Virus record (IMG/VR): IMGVR_UViG_3300046171_000068
Coordinates: 461 to 64,460 of that record
Direction: 5' to 3' (one strand)
From: a virus
Lineage: Duplodnaviria; Caudoviricetes
DNA length: 64,000 nucleotides
Shown: piece after piece, positions 35,791 to 47,356 of the stretch
Layout: each line of letters opens with the position of its first letter
Position numbering within the stretch: the stretch's first letter is position 1
The notes under the pieces: generated by a model
What the model was told of the DNA's origin: nothing
Databases searched by the model: none
What the model saw: the letters and a program-made list of their open reading frames with translations, nothing else
Translations under genes and position numbers: made by a program

Positions 35791-36416
35791 TGGCAATAAC
35801 TAATTACTCAGAACTTAAATCAGCTATCGCTGACTGGTTAGATAGAACAGATTTAACTGACCAAATACCTGATTTTATTACACTAGCAGAAGCTAGACAT
35901 AAAAGAGATTTTAAACTCAGAAGAATGGAAACAAGGGTTACAGCAGATACTATAGCTGATACCGAGTATTATACATTGCCTGATAATTATGTTGCTATGC
36001 GTAATATACAACTAAATACTGACCCTAAAACATCTTTAGAATATTTAACACCTGAACAAATGGACAGAATTTATGCAGGAAGCAATAAAGGCAAACCTAA
36101 AGCATACAGTATCATTGGTAATGATATACAGCTAAGACCAACACCTGATAGTGCATACGAAATAGAAATATTATATTTTAAACACTTTGCCGCATTATCA
36201 GATTCAGCACCTACTAATGAAATGCTAACTAACCATCCTGATGCTTATCTTTATGGAGCATTGGTTGAAGCAGAACCTTATTTACAAAACGATAAGAGAA
36301 TACAAGTATGGTCTAGTTTCTATGATAGAGCAAAGAAAGATATAATAGATTCTAATGAAAGAGATAGACACTCAGGTGTAGCTCCTACAACAAGAGTTGA
36401 TTACGGATTATATTAA
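35790..36416 (+). CDS. Head-tail adaptor / tail tubular protein
   Basis: NYSELKSAIADWLDR.DL...IPDFITLAEAR...PDAYLYGAL.EA.PYL. Confidence 0.8.
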   Translation: MAITNYSELKSAIADWLDRTDLTDQIPDFITLAEARHKRDFKLRRMETRVTADTIADTEYYTLPDNYVAMRNIQLNTDPKTSLEYLTPEQMDRIYAGSNKGKPKAYSIIGNDIQLRPTPDSAYEIEILYFKHFAALSDSAPTNEMLTNHPDAYLYGALVEAEPYLQNDKRIQVWSSFYDRAKKDIIDSNERDRHSGVAPTTRVDYGLY

Positions 36417-36607
36417 TGACAGTTTGGGCAGAACAATCTACAACTAGTACCAACTGGGAACTAGAGGGAACATTTTTTTTTAAAACAGAAGATGATTTGT
36501 TCTTTTTTGCAACAGAAAACAATATTATTTTTGAGCAAGAAAACATACCAGTATTAACAGTTGATGATTGGACAGTACAATCGACAACAGCAACCACATG
36601 GACATAA
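36416..36607 (+). CDS. Small tail-associated protein
   Basis: Trp/Thr-rich ends; coupled to adaptor and fibre. Confidence 0.55.
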   Translation: MTVWAEQSTTSTNWELEGTFFFKTEDDLFFFATENNIIFEQENIPVLTVDDWTVQSTTATTWT

Positions 36608-38229
36608 ATGGCAAATAAGAAATTTTCAGAATTAACAGAAGTTACCACCCCGAATAGTGAGTCTATATTTGCTACAGCTTATGATGGGGATAACTTTAAA
36701 GTTACACTAACAAACATAGCTGCAAACATGCCATCTATTACTACAAGTGGCACAGTTACAGGTACAACATTTATAGGTAATGTAACAGGTAATGTTACAG
36801 GTTCAGTTACAGGTAATGCAGATACAGCTACAGCACTAGCTACAGGTCGTACAATAGGTATGACAGGTGATGTTACTTGGACTTCAGCATCTTTTGATGG
36901 TACAGGTAATGTAACAGGTACAGCTTCTATAGGAAGTGGTGTTATTGTTGATGCTGATGTCAATGCAAGTGCTGCAATAGATGCAAGTAAAATACATGAT
37001 GGCACAGTTTCTAATACAGAATTTGGATATTTAAATGGTGTTTCCTCTGCAATACAAACGCAGATGGACACAAAGATTACAGCTAGTTCTACAGATACTC
37101 TAACGAATAAGACAATTAATACAGCTAGTAATACGATTACAATAGTAGAAGCAGATATATCAGACCTCGGCTCATATATCACAGCATCTTCTACAGACAC
37201 ACTAACTAATAAAACATTTGATGCTAATGGAACAGGCAATAGTCTTTCTAATGTTGAGGTAGCAGATTTAGCATCAGGTGTTCTTGATACAGATATATCA
37301 ACTGTTTCTGCATCTGATGATACACTAGCATCAGCAAAAGCAATCAAGACTTATGTAGATGCACAAGTTACAGCACAAGACCTAGACTTCCAGGCAGATA
37401 CAGGTGGTGCATTATCTATTGACCTAGATAGTGAAACACTAACCTTTACTGGTGGTACAGGTATAGATACAAGTGGTAGTGGTAATGCAGTTACCTTTGC
37501 GATTGATTCAACTGTTGCAACTTTATCAGGAACACAAACACTAACAAACAAAACAATCAATAGTGCGTCAAATACCATAACGATTACAGAATCAAACATA
37601 TCTGATTTAGGAGCTTACATAACTGCAAGTTCAACTGATACTCTAACTAATAAGTCAGGAAGTAACAGTCAATGGACTAACGATGCAGGATTTATTACAG
37701 CTTCATCTACAGACACACTTACCAATAAATCAGGTAACATCAGTCAATGGACAAATGATTCATCATACTTAACTGGCAACCAAACAATAACATTAAGTGG
37801 TGATGCTAGTGGTAGTGGCACAACAGCTATTACAGTTACAGTTGCAGATGATTCGCACAACCATATCATATCTAATGTCGATGGATTACAAACAGCATTA
37901 GATGGTAAAGGTAGCACAAACATCAACAACAGGTAGTGCAGAGATTCCTGCAGGTACAACAGCTAGAAAGAGATGGCTCACCTAGTGCAGGTTATTTAAG
38001 ATTTAATACAACTGATTCATCATTTGAGGGCTACGATGGTAGTGCTTGGGGTGCAATCGGTGGTGGTGGAGGAGCATCAGCAGGTGGTGCTATCTATGAA
38101 AACTCAGATGATATAACATCTGACTATACAATAACATCAGGTAAGAATGGATTTTCAGTTGGACCAATGACCATAGCAAGTGGTGTAACAGTAACAGTTC
38201 CTAGTGGACAAAGGTGGGTAATACTATGA
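36608..38229 (+). CDS. Main tail fibre (two frameshifts ~37908 and ~37965)
   Basis: 36608-37936 plus 37936-38229 align with the continuous 61-1440 ORF. Confidence 0.85.
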
Positions 38230-39266
38230 CATGTAAGGTTAATGCCGATACAACTAATGGATTAAAACTAACATCAGATACAAGTGGTGAAATAGACCTA
38301 CAAACCAATGGTACAACTAAAGTACACATGGAGAGTAGTGGTAATGTAGGGATAGGTACTAGTAATCCATCATATAATTTAGATGTACAATCTAGTGACC
38401 AAACTAATATAAGGATTCACAACACAGGTACAGAAAATTCTTTTTTAAGAATAACGACTAATAGCACATCTGCTTCTTCTGGTATTGTTTTTGGTGATGT
38501 TGATGATATTGATGTTGGCACAATGATTTATGACCATGCAAATAATTATATAACTTGGAAAACAAATGCAGATGAGCATATGAGGTTAAATAATGCAGGT
38601 GATTTAATTATTGGAGATACTCTATCAGAAGTACAACCAGGATTTAATAATAACACACAAGCTATATCTATAAGAGGTGGCACTAACGAACAATTTTTTA
38701 TTTCATCAAGTTCAAATCCTATGTTTGTAAATAGAACTGTAGATGGTAGTTTAGTTGTTTTTAGAAGTGCTGGAAATTCAGAAGGAAATATATCAGTATC
38801 AGGTTCAACAGTATCCTACAATGGTGGACACTTATCTCGTTGGGGAAGATTATCGGACAACTCACAACCAACTATCTTAAAAGGCACAGTCATGTCTAAC
38901 CTAGATGAAATGGTTGTATGGGAAGTAGATGGTGTTGAAGTAGAAAACGAACAAAGAAACCAACTTAAAATAAGTGATGTTGAGGGTGACATCAATGTTG
39001 CAGGATTATTTGTTAAGTGGGATACAGAAGAAGATGGATATAACGATATAGATTTAGCAATGACAGGTGATATGATTATCAGAATTGCACAAGGAACAAC
39101 AGTTCAAAGAGGAGACTTACTCATGTCAGCAGGTGATGGCACAGCAAAACCACAAGGAGATGATATAGTAAGAAGTAAAACAATCGCAAAGGTAACATCA
39201 ACTACAGTAATCAATACATATGATGATGGAAGTTATGTAGTACCTTGTGTAGTAATGGCTTGTTAG
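38226..39266 (+). CDS. Accessory tail fibre / RBP, slot 1 (B)
   Basis: Shared N-term with 1437; GNVGIGT repeats; chaperone-like C-domain GDLLMSAGDGTAKPQ. Confidence 0.75.
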   Translation: MTCKVNADTTNGLKLTSDTSGEIDLQTNGTTKVHMESSGNVGIGTSNPSYNLDVQSSDQTNIRIHNTGTENSFLRITTNSTSASSGIVFGDVDDIDVGTMIYDHANNYITWKTNADEHMRLNNAGDLIIGDTLSEVQPGFNNNTQAISIRGGTNEQFFISSSSNPMFVNRTVDGSLVVFRSAGNSEGNISVSGSTVSYNGGHLSRWGRLSDNSQPTILKGTVMSNLDEMVVWEVDGVEVENEQRNQLKISDVEGDINVAGLFVKWDTEEDGYNDIDLAMTGDMIIRIAQGTTVQRGDLLMSAGDGTAKPQGDDIVRSKTIAKVTSTTVINTYDDGSYVVPCVVMAC

Positions 39267-39277
39267 GAGAATAATTA

Positions 39278-40411
39278 ATGGCACTCACTTTACATGGTAC
39301 AGTATCAGATAACACAGTAGCTTTAGATAGAAAGACTGCTACTCCATTGATTATAAATGGTGATATGCAAATTGCACAAAGAGGAACTTCTTTTTCTCCT
39401 AGTAGTAGTGTTGATTTTTATTCGATAGATAGATTTGCTTATTTTGCTACAAGTGGTGCTACAGGTGATGCTACAATTACACAAGCAACTGATGCTCCAT
39501 CAAATACAGGACTTGTTAAATCTTTAAAAATAACACCTGATGCAACTGAAACACCAACAGGAACTCACAATGTGTGTTTTGCTTATTCTTTAGAGGGTCA
39601 AGATGTGCAAGTTTTACAACATGGCTCTACTTCTCCTGAATCAGTTACTTTGGCTTTTTGGGTAAAATCAAATAAGACAGGTACTTATTGTGTTCAAATT
39701 AAAGAAGAAAATATAACAGATGAAAGTTATGTGCTTTTTGAGTACACCATAAATAGTTCTAATACATGGGAAAAAAAAGTAATATCATGGACTGGTAATT
39801 CAGCTCATACAATTAATAATGATAATGCTCAAGGGTATAGAATACTGTGGCATTTAGCAACTGGCTCAGATGACCATGCATCAGCAACTACAAGTTGGAC
39901 TGTATCAACATCATTTAAAGCCACATCAAACCAAGTAAACTTTTTTGATAGCACATCTAATGAATTATATATAACAGGTGTTCAACTAGAAGTAGGAACA
40001 TTTGATGCTAACAGCATACCACCATTTCAGTTTGAAGATGTAGGTACAAGTCTAGCTAGATGTATGAGATATTACGAAAGAAGTCAAGGAACAGGTAGTA
40101 ATAGAGAATACTTTTCAATAGGAATTAAAAGAGATGGTTATACCAACTCTGACCACACAGTATCAGGAATTATAACTTACAAAGTTAGAAAAAGAGCAAT
40201 TCCTACAATAGGTTATAATAGTGCAACTAGTTTTGTTTATACCTATGGTATATCAAGTGTTCAAAATTTTAGTAGTGTTAATATTCAAAATATAGGATTA
40301 GACCATGCAAGATTTCATGGTGAACTAGGAACTGCAGTTACAAATAGTGGTGGCATTATAGCTAGGAGAGAAGAAACTGCATATTATTATGATATAGATT
40401 CGGAGTTATAA
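39278..40411 (+). CDS. Accessory tail fibre / RBP, slot 2 (B), carbohydrate-binding-like
   Basis: LIINGDMQIAQRGT...DRF...ITGVQLEVG...LARCMRYY. Confidence 0.75.
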   Translation: MALTLHGTVSDNTVALDRKTATPLIINGDMQIAQRGTSFSPSSSVDFYSIDRFAYFATSGATGDATITQATDAPSNTGLVKSLKITPDATETPTGTHNVCFAYSLEGQDVQVLQHGSTSPESVTLAFWVKSNKTGTYCVQIKEENITDESYVLFEYTINSSNTWEKKVISWTGNSAHTINNDNAQGYRILWHLATGSDDHASATTSWTVSTSFKATSNQVNFFDSTSNELYITGVQLEVGTFDANSIPPFQFEDVGTSLARCMRYYERSQGTGSNREYFSIGIKRDGYTNSDHTVSGIITYKVRKRAIPTIGYNSATSFVYTYGISSVQNFSSVNIQNIGLDHARFHGELGTAVTNSGGIIARREETAYYYDIDSEL

Positions 40412-40584
40412 TGATTAATACAGTTAAAAAAGTTTATTCAGATGGAAATTTAGATAATTACCAAGTAACCTATCAAAATTCTAGTGTTATTAAATCAGTA
40501 CCATTAGATGAAAATAATTCAGATTACCAAGCAATTCAAGAATGGGTTGCCGAGGGTAACACAATACAGGAAGCAGATGAATGA
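40411..40584 (+). CDS. 57-aa tail fibre chaperone-like protein (not in ORF track)
   Basis: VPLDENNSDYQAIQEWVAEGNTI; coupled on both sides. Confidence 0.65.
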   Translation: MINTVKKVYSDGNLDNYQVTYQNSSVIKSVPLDENNSDYQAIQEWVAEGNTIQEADE

Positions 40585-41144
40585 GTAGTATAAAACTAAA
40601 AGGGTCTACGAGTGGCGATATAACAATCTCAGCACCTGCTGTAGCAGGAACTAATACTCTTACTTTACCTGCAAATTCAGGGGAGATAACTGTAGGTGGA
40701 AATAATACTCCTGCTTTTCAAGCAGAATTAAGTGCTGACCAGACTATAAGTTCTAATGTAATTACAAAAGTACAATTTGATACGGAAATTTTTGATACAG
40801 ATGGATGTTATGATAACACAACTAATTATAGGTTTACTCCGACAGTAGCAGGTAAATATTTTGTTTATGCACAAATTAGGTCAGACTCGGCAGGTAATAG
40901 TCAAGGTTCATTTATAGCATCTAATATTCAAAAAAATGGGAGTATTATTGCAGAAAGTGTTATAGATTTTAGAAGTAATAATGGTCGTCAAGCAGGATTA
41001 TCTCTAAACACAGTAGTAGAAATGAATGGAAGTACAGATTACTTAGAGGGTTATGGAAGACTGCTAGACACTAGTGGTAGTCCAAAATTTGAGAGCGTTA
41101 ATTCTTCTAATTATTTTGGAGCATATAAGCTAATAGGAGTATAA
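40581..41144 (+). CDS. Accessory tail fibre / RBP, slot 3 (B), C1q/TNF-like domain
   Basis: PAFQA...KVQFDTEIFDTDGCYD...RFTPTVAGKY. Confidence 0.7.
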   Translation: MSSIKLKGSTSGDITISAPAVAGTNTLTLPANSGEITVGGNNTPAFQAELSADQTISSNVITKVQFDTEIFDTDGCYDNTTNYRFTPTVAGKYFVYAQIRSDSAGNSQGSFIASNIQKNGSIIAESVIDFRSNNGRQAGLSLNTVVEMNGSTDYLEGYGRLLDTSGSPKFESVNSSNYFGAYKLIGV

Positions 41145-41145
41145 T

Positions 41146-41460
41146 ATGGCAAGTTTATCAAGCAAAATTAGACAATATGTTAATAAAGAAATAGATTTTA
41201 CCAAAGAGGTAATTTTACAAGATGATGGTCAAGGTCCATATATTAAAAAATGGAATTTAGATATTTCTAAACCTACAGATGCTGAATTAGACGCATTAGA
41301 ATCACAAGCAAATATTTATGAGAGTAATCTTCAACAAGATGAAAAACGCAAATACGAGTATGGCAACTGGGAATATCAGTTAGATGAAATTTATCATCAA
41401 GGCATAGATGTTTGGAAAACAAGAATACAATCTATTAAAAACAAATACCCTAAGGAGTAA
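41146..41460 (+). CDS. XkdW-like tail chaperone
   Basis: LQDDGQGPYIKKWNLDISKPT...IKNKYPK. Confidence 0.65.
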   Translation: MASLSSKIRQYVNKEIDFTKEVILQDDGQGPYIKKWNLDISKPTDAELDALESQANIYESNLQQDEKRKYEYGNWEYQLDEIYHQGIDVWKTRIQSIKNKYPKE

Positions 41461-41463
41461 CGA

Positions 41464-42183
41464 ATGGGATTAGAAACAGGAACATATATAGATAGTCTTA
41501 ATACTTCAAATCCAGGAGCAACTGATTCTGTTGCTCAAGGTGATGACCACATAAGATTACTTAAATCAACAATAAAAAATACATTCCCCAATATAACAGG
41601 GGCAATGACATCAACACATACAGAATTAAATTTACTTGATGGTGTTACGGCAAATACTACAGAACTTAATTATGTAGATATAGCAACACTTGGTACTGTC
41701 GAAGCATCAAAAGCTGTTACAGCAGATTCTAACAAAGACATAACAGGTATTAGAAACCTAACAGTTACAGGTACTATTACTAACAGTTCAATAATAACTT
41801 TAGCTGACGTATATCCTGTCGGTTCTATTTATATAAATGCATCAGTAACAACTAATCCTGCAACTTTATTAGGTTTTGGTACGTGGGTAGCATTTGGTGC
41901 AGGTCGTGTTCCAGTAGGACAAAATACTAGTGATTCAAATTTTAATACTTTAGAAGAAACAGGTGGTGCTAAAACACATACATTGACTACTTCTCAAATA
42001 CCATCTCACACACATACGCATGATTATTTTGATAATAATACAGGTGGACCATCAGCATATGGTTTGAACTTTGCAGGTAATTATAATCCAATTACTCAAC
42101 AAACAACTGCTACTGGTGGTGGACAAAGTCATAACAACTTACAACCATATATTGTTGTTAAAATGTGGAAAAGGACTGCCTAA
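41464..42183 (+). CDS. Short tail fibre/collar-domain protein
   Basis: YPVGSIYI...TGGAKTHTLT...HNNLQPYIVV.MWKRTA. Confidence 0.75.
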   Translation: MGLETGTYIDSLNTSNPGATDSVAQGDDHIRLLKSTIKNTFPNITGAMTSTHTELNLLDGVTANTTELNYVDIATLGTVEASKAVTADSNKDITGIRNLTVTGTITNSSIITLADVYPVGSIYINASVTTNPATLLGFGTWVAFGAGRVPVGQNTSDSNFNTLEETGGAKTHTLTTSQIPSHTHTHDYFDNNTGGPSAYGLNFAGNYNPITQQTTATGGGQSHNNLQPYIVVKMWKRTA

Positions 42184-43727
42184 TGGCAACATTTGTAGCA
42201 CCTGCTCCAAAGGGCATGATAAAAGATACAAACAATACTGTACTTCCACCTGAGTTTTATTCACATGCAAGTAATATAAGATTTACTGATAATGCAGGAA
42301 AGAAAATCAAAGGACATGATGCAGTATTTGGAACACCTAGTGTAGCTCCATACTTTGTACTTAACTGGTCTACTGGCACATCATCATATTGGTTTTATCC
42401 AGGCACAGCAAAGATTTATAGAACTGATGGTACTACTCATACAAACTTTACAAGGACATCAGGTGGCGATTATTCAACTAATTTAACTACAGTAGGTAAT
42501 TGGACAGGAACTGTCTATAATGGTTTGCCTATTCTTTGTAATGGGGTAGATGACCCACAATGTTTAGCTACTACATCAGCAAGTGCATTTAGTGATTTAA
42601 CTAACTGGCCAGCAAGTACAACTTGCAAAACTATAAAAGCATTTGGTAACTACCTAATGGCACTTAATCTTACAGAAAGTGGAACAGAGTTTCCTAACAA
42701 AGTAAGATGGGGCGATGCAGCAGAAAACTTTAGTTATCCCTCTACATGGACTGCAGCTAGTACTAATGATGCAGGTGAAGTAACTATAGGTGATGAATCA
42801 GATTTTATTGTTGATGGTTTAGCACTTAAACAATCATTTATTATTTATAAAGAAAACTCTACATGGATAGCTAACTATATCGGTGGCAATCTAGTATTTA
42901 GTTTTCAAAAGTTATTTAACGATACAGGGGTGTTGACTAGAAACTGTGTAGCTGAATTTGATGGTAATCATTTTGTAGTAACTCAAGGTGATTTAATCAT
43001 ACACAATGGCGTATCTAAAAAGACTGTAGCTACTGACCTAGTTAAAAAAGAATTATTTGATAATATAAATGATGAATATTATAATCTCACTTTTGTTGCA
43101 CATAATGTACAGCAAACAGAAATGTGGGTATGCTATCCTAGTATAGGGTCGCAGTATTGTAATAAAGCATTAATTTATAACTATGTTAATAACTCATTTA
43201 CTTTTCGTGATTTGCCTGACATTTATCACATTGGTAATGGAATTGTAGACCCAGGTGCTACATCCATAACTTGGAATACACAAACAGATACATGGACTGA
43301 TTATAGTGGGGTATGGGGAGAAAGAACCTATAATCCTACAGAAAGAAGTATATTGATGGCAGGTGTTGCAGATACTAAATTGTATCGTGGTGATTTTGGC
43401 AGACAGTTCGATGGTGAAAACTACATATCGACATTAGAAAGAAAAGGATTAACCTTAGATGGTAATACCAATACTGTTAAACAAGTACGAAAATTAACAC
43501 CTAAAGTAGGTGGCTCAGGACAAGTCGTTATATCAGTTGGAAGTTCTATGTCACCTAATGGTACATATACTTATACAGCAGGACAAAACTTTGACCCAAC
43601 ACAAAACAACAAAGTAGATTGTAGGTCAACAGGTAAATACATTGCAGTAAGATTTCAACACACAGATAACAGTCCATTTGAACTAAATGGCTATGATTTA
43701 GAGTATGAAGTTATAGGGGAAAGATAA
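42183..43727 (+). CDS. Tail hub / DNA stabilization protein (P22 gp10-like position)
   Basis: ~515 aa beta-rich; synteny. Confidence 0.75.
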   Translation: MATFVAPAPKGMIKDTNNTVLPPEFYSHASNIRFTDNAGKKIKGHDAVFGTPSVAPYFVLNWSTGTSSYWFYPGTAKIYRTDGTTHTNFTRTSGGDYSTNLTTVGNWTGTVYNGLPILCNGVDDPQCLATTSASAFSDLTNWPASTTCKTIKAFGNYLMALNLTESGTEFPNKVRWGDAAENFSYPSTWTAASTNDAGEVTIGDESDFIVDGLALKQSFIIYKENSTWIANYIGGNLVFSFQKLFNDTGVLTRNCVAEFDGNHFVVTQGDLIIHNGVSKKTVATDLVKKELFDNINDEYYNLTFVAHNVQQTEMWVCYPSIGSQYCNKALIYNYVNNSFTFRDLPDIYHIGNGIVDPGATSITWNTQTDTWTDYSGVWGERTYNPTERSILMAGVADTKLYRGDFGRQFDGENYISTLERKGLTLDGNTNTVKQVRKLTPKVGGSGQVVISVGSSMSPNGTYTYTAGQNFDPTQNNKVDCRSTGKYIAVRFQHTDNSPFELNGYDLEYEVIGER

Positions 43728-44449
43728 TGGCACAAGCTCCTAAGTATGTACCTAATCCTGTACCTGCTAACTCAGAAGATTTACCTAGATATATATTTGA
43801 AGAACTGACTAAGCTACAAGGGGCATTACAAGAAAACCCTATAGCATTTATAGAACAAAAGAATGTTGAACCTAGTAGAGTAAAGCAAGGTGATATTGCT
43901 TATGCTGATGGTACTAACTGGAATCCAGGACAAGGTGAAAACCTATATTACTATGATGGTACTGTATGGAGAGCATTTGCAGGTGGTAGTGGTGCAGGTG
44001 ATTTTGCACAGATTGCCGATACAACATCACAGAATATAGCTACTATAGATACAGCACAAGCTATAACTTGGAATACATTAGTATACTCACAAGGAATAAG
44101 CATTAATGGAGTTGATACATCTAAGATAGAATTTAGTCGTAGTGGTAAATACTATGTAAACTTCTCTGCATTGTTACATTCGCAAAGTGCTAACAACAAA
44201 GATATATGGTTTTTCCCAAGAATAAATGGTACAGATATAACAGGAGCAGGAATAGCACATACACTTGCAACTAATGACCATAGAAGAACACTATCTAAAG
44301 CAGGGATATTTGACATAACTGCAGGTGATTATCTACAAGCAATGATGGCAGCAGATGACACCGATATAGATATAGACCCATTAGCAGCTACAGCATTTGC
44401 ACCTGCTACTCCATCAGCTACAATAAGTATTATACAAGTAAGTCAATAG
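43727..44449 (+). CDS. Tail needle/plug-position protein
   Basis: Homolog of 6006-6728 with diverged C-domain. Confidence 0.55.
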   Translation: MAQAPKYVPNPVPANSEDLPRYIFEELTKLQGALQENPIAFIEQKNVEPSRVKQGDIAYADGTNWNPGQGENLYYYDGTVWRAFAGGSGAGDFAQIADTTSQNIATIDTAQAITWNTLVYSQGISINGVDTSKIEFSRSGKYYVNFSALLHSQSANNKDIWFFPRINGTDITGAGIAHTLATNDHRRTLSKAGIFDITAGDYLQAMMAADDTDIDIDPLAATAFAPATPSATISIIQVSQ

Positions 44450-44458
44450 GAGAAAGTT

Positions 44459-44893
44459 ATGACGACATATTTGTCAGGAGTTCCTGCAGACATGATTGAT
44501 GATGTTTGGGACGAATGTAAAGATTTTATACAGTTAGCAGAAAAGAAAGGACAATCAGAAATGAATGCACAAGATATCTACGAGTTTTGTAGAAATCAAG
44601 AAATGCAACTATGGATTGTTTATGATGATACCGCAATGGATGAAATAAAAGCTGTAGTTACAACTGAAATAGTTAATTATCCTAGAAAAAAAGTATGTAG
44701 GATAGTTACATTAGGCGGGAAAGGAATTGATTCATGGATACATGCTATATCTACAATTGAAGCATGGGCTGAAGCACAAGGCTGTGAATCAATGGAAACA
44801 TTTTGCAGAAAAGGATTTATTAAAAAATTAGAGAACTATGGATATGAACAAACATACACAGTACTCGGAAAAGATTTATCAACCATACATTAA
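44459..44893 (+). CDS. Virion assembly protein, GNAT-like
   Basis: Homolog of 6738-7172. Confidence 0.6.
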   Translation: MTTYLSGVPADMIDDVWDECKDFIQLAEKKGQSEMNAQDIYEFCRNQEMQLWIVYDDTAMDEIKAVVTTEIVNYPRKKVCRIVTLGGKGIDSWIHAISTIEAWAEAQGCESMETFCRKGFIKKLENYGYEQTYTVLGKDLSTIH

Positions 44894-44905
44894 AGGAGAC
44901 TTAAT

Positions 44906-45793
44906 ATGAGTTTAGGTGGAGGCGGTGGTGGAGGTACTACCACGCAAGTACAAAAAGCAGACCCATGGGCAGGGCAACAACCCTACCTAACTGACTTATA
45001 CAGGCAAGCACAAACACAATTTCAAGCAGGACCACAAGAATTTTTTCCAGGCAGAACTTATGCTGAAGCTAGTCCTACAGTTTATCAAGCAGAAAACTTA
45101 CAAAGACAAGCAGCATTAGCTCAAGCAGGATTAGGATTAGGTTCTATTGTTCCAGGATTCCAACAAGCATTAATGAGTCCTGCACAAAGGTTTCAAGACC
45201 CAATGCTACAAGAATCTTTAGCAGCAAGTCTAAGACCTATAGAAGAAACTGGCTCAAGGTTATTACAACAAGCTAGACGTGGGGCTACCCAAGCAGGGCA
45301 ATTAGGTGGCACAAGACAAGCAATACTAGAATCAGAAGTAATAAAAGATATTACTCAGAAACAAGCAGATGTTGCATCAAAAATGTATGGTGATGTGTAT
45401 GGTGACGTTCTTAGGTCTCAAGCTGCAACATTAGGTCTTGCTCCAAGTATTATGCAAACATTTGCTCAACCTGCAGTAACACTAGGACAAGTAGGTGCAG
45501 CAGAAACAGCAAGAGCACAACAACCTATAACAGAAGCTATGCAACGATTTGCATTTGAACAAGCAGCTCCAGGTCAAGCACTACAACAGTATGGAAATAT
45601 TGTTGCAGGTACTATCTTACCAGGAACTGTTACAGCTAGTGGAACACAGCCAGGCATGAGTCCTTTAGCAGGTGCATTAGGTGGTGGACTTGCAGGAGGA
45701 GCACTCGGAGCTAGTTCTCTAGGAGCTACACTAGGAATGACAGGACCTATGGGAGCATTAGGTGGAGCAATATTAGGAGGTTTATTATCATAA
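44906..45793 (+). CDS. DNA ejection protein (gp7-like)
   Basis: Homolog of 7182-8027. Confidence 0.7.
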   Translation: MSLGGGGGGGTTTQVQKADPWAGQQPYLTDLYRQAQTQFQAGPQEFFPGRTYAEASPTVYQAENLQRQAALAQAGLGLGSIVPGFQQALMSPAQRFQDPMLQESLAASLRPIEETGSRLLQQARRGATQAGQLGGTRQAILESEVIKDITQKQADVASKMYGDVYGDVLRSQAATLGLAPSIMQTFAQPAVTLGQVGAAETARAQQPITEAMQRFAFEQAAPGQALQQYGNIVAGTILPGTVTASGTQPGMSPLAGALGGGLAGGALGASSLGATLGMTGPMGALGGAILGGLLS

Positions 45794-46263
45794 TGGAAAA
45801 CTATTTTACAAACTTATTTAACATGCTGGGAGGACAACCACAGATTCCAACAATAAGACCCGAAGTGTTAAAACAAGCTCAAAGACAAATGATTCAACCA
45901 CAAACAAGCACTCAACCAGGAATGTTTTTTGGAGTTGGACCCGCTTTTAGTGGACAAGCTGACCCTTTAACACAAACAATGCAGTCAGCAATAAGTTCAC
46001 AATATGATTTAGGAACAGGCCAAGTAAAAGCACCTGAAGGTGTTTATATGGGAGATGGAGTAGTTCCTAAAGAACCAGGAATGTTTGACGCATTATCTGA
46101 TATGTCAGGCCAAGAAACAATGGCATTAATATCAGGCATACAAGGGTTATTAGCTGAACCTGAAGCACCACAATTAGCAAGTCTTAGAATCCCATCAGCA
46201 ACTGCTGGTTTAAGATTAGATGAAACAGACTTAAGTAAATATTATCAAGGTTTATTGAGATAG
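45793..46263 (+). CDS. Putative ejection protein
   Basis: Distant counterpart of 8038-8529. Confidence 0.55.
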   Translation: MENYFTNLFNMLGGQPQIPTIRPEVLKQAQRQMIQPQTSTQPGMFFGVGPAFSGQADPLTQTMQSAISSQYDLGTGQVKAPEGVYMGDGVVPKEPGMFDALSDMSGQETMALISGIQGLLAEPEAPQLASLRIPSATAGLRLDETDLSKYYQGLLR

Positions 46264-46272
46264 GAGATATAA

Positions 46273-47355
46273 ATGGCAGTACCAGTATTACTAGGATTAT
46301 TAGCAACGCAAGGAGCTAGAGCAGGTGTTACTAGAGCAATACAATCAACAGCTTTAACAGGAGCTAGAGCCTCAAAACAACTAGCAAGTAAGTTAAAAAA
46401 GAACTTTGATAAACAAACATCTAGAGCAAAAATTCCTAGTCAATCAAAACTGATAGAAAACCTTACCGCTCAAGAAAAAAATATTATAAAAAGAAGCGGC
46501 TTGTTAGATGATGTTCCAACAAGAACAGTAACAATTCCATCAGGAGCATATAAGGGAGGAGCAAGTAAAGGATTAAGACCATTAAATATTCCAGCTCAAT
46601 ATTCAAATAAATTTCCAATTCCTTATCAAGCAGCTCCTCAAGAAGCTTTAAGACAACAGGCTGCAAGACAGGCTCTTTATAGAAATCCAATGGGCAGAAG
46701 ATTAGAAGGACAAGATTTACCAGTTAATTTAAGACCGAATTACGTTCCAGGATTACCACCAACTCCTTATCAAAAAGCTTTAGCACTTGCTGGAAGAAAT
46801 AAACTTTTGACAGGAGCTGGTTTATTAGGAACTACTGCACTAACATCTTCTTTTATGGGCGAAGAAGCTCCACAAGATACTATAGAACCAGTAGTAACTA
46901 CACCTCCTACTGAAACACAACCAGTAAGATTTAGTCAGTTACTTAGACCAGGTTATGACGCTACAGGAAAAGAAGTATTAAATGCCGCTTTATTAAGAGC
47001 AGGTATATCTTTGCTTAGAGGTGAAGGGGCACAAGGAGCACTAAAATCTGCTGCCTCAGTATCTGAATCACAAAATATATATAAAACAGGCTCAGAAGCA
47101 TTAGAGGCTGGAAGAAGAGCATTAGGCCCTGAAGCTGCTGTAGAAGTAGGGCAAAGGTCAGACGGAACATTCTATTACAGAGGAAAGTTTGACCCAACAG
47201 ATGTACTAATGCAACCAACAACAACTGGTAAAGAAATAACAGCAGAACAATATCAAGCTGTTAGAAAAAAAATACTAGAAGCAAAACCTGACGCAACAGA
47301 GGAAGATATAAAAGATACTCTTGCTGCACAAGGTCTAGTCTATACAGGAGTATAA
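46273..47355 (+). CDS. Putative ejection protein
   Basis: Counterpart of 8539-9342; unrelated N-half. Confidence 0.55.
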   Translation: MAVPVLLGLLATQGARAGVTRAIQSTALTGARASKQLASKLKKNFDKQTSRAKIPSQSKLIENLTAQEKNIIKRSGLLDDVPTRTVTIPSGAYKGGASKGLRPLNIPAQYSNKFPIPYQAAPQEALRQQAARQALYRNPMGRRLEGQDLPVNLRPNYVPGLPPTPYQKALALAGRNKLLTGAGLLGTTALTSSFMGEEAPQDTIEPVVTTPPTETQPVRFSQLLRPGYDATGKEVLNAALLRAGISLLRGEGAQGALKSAASVSESQNIYKTGSEALEAGRRALGPEAAVEVGQRSDGTFYYRGKFDPTDVLMQPTTTGKEITAEQYQAVRKKILEAKPDATEEDIKDTLAAQGLVYTGV

Positions 47356-47356
47356 T

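Noticed and set aside
37900-37970. Split tail fibre as two genes
   Set aside because: Two extra bases relative to the continuous copy A ORF.
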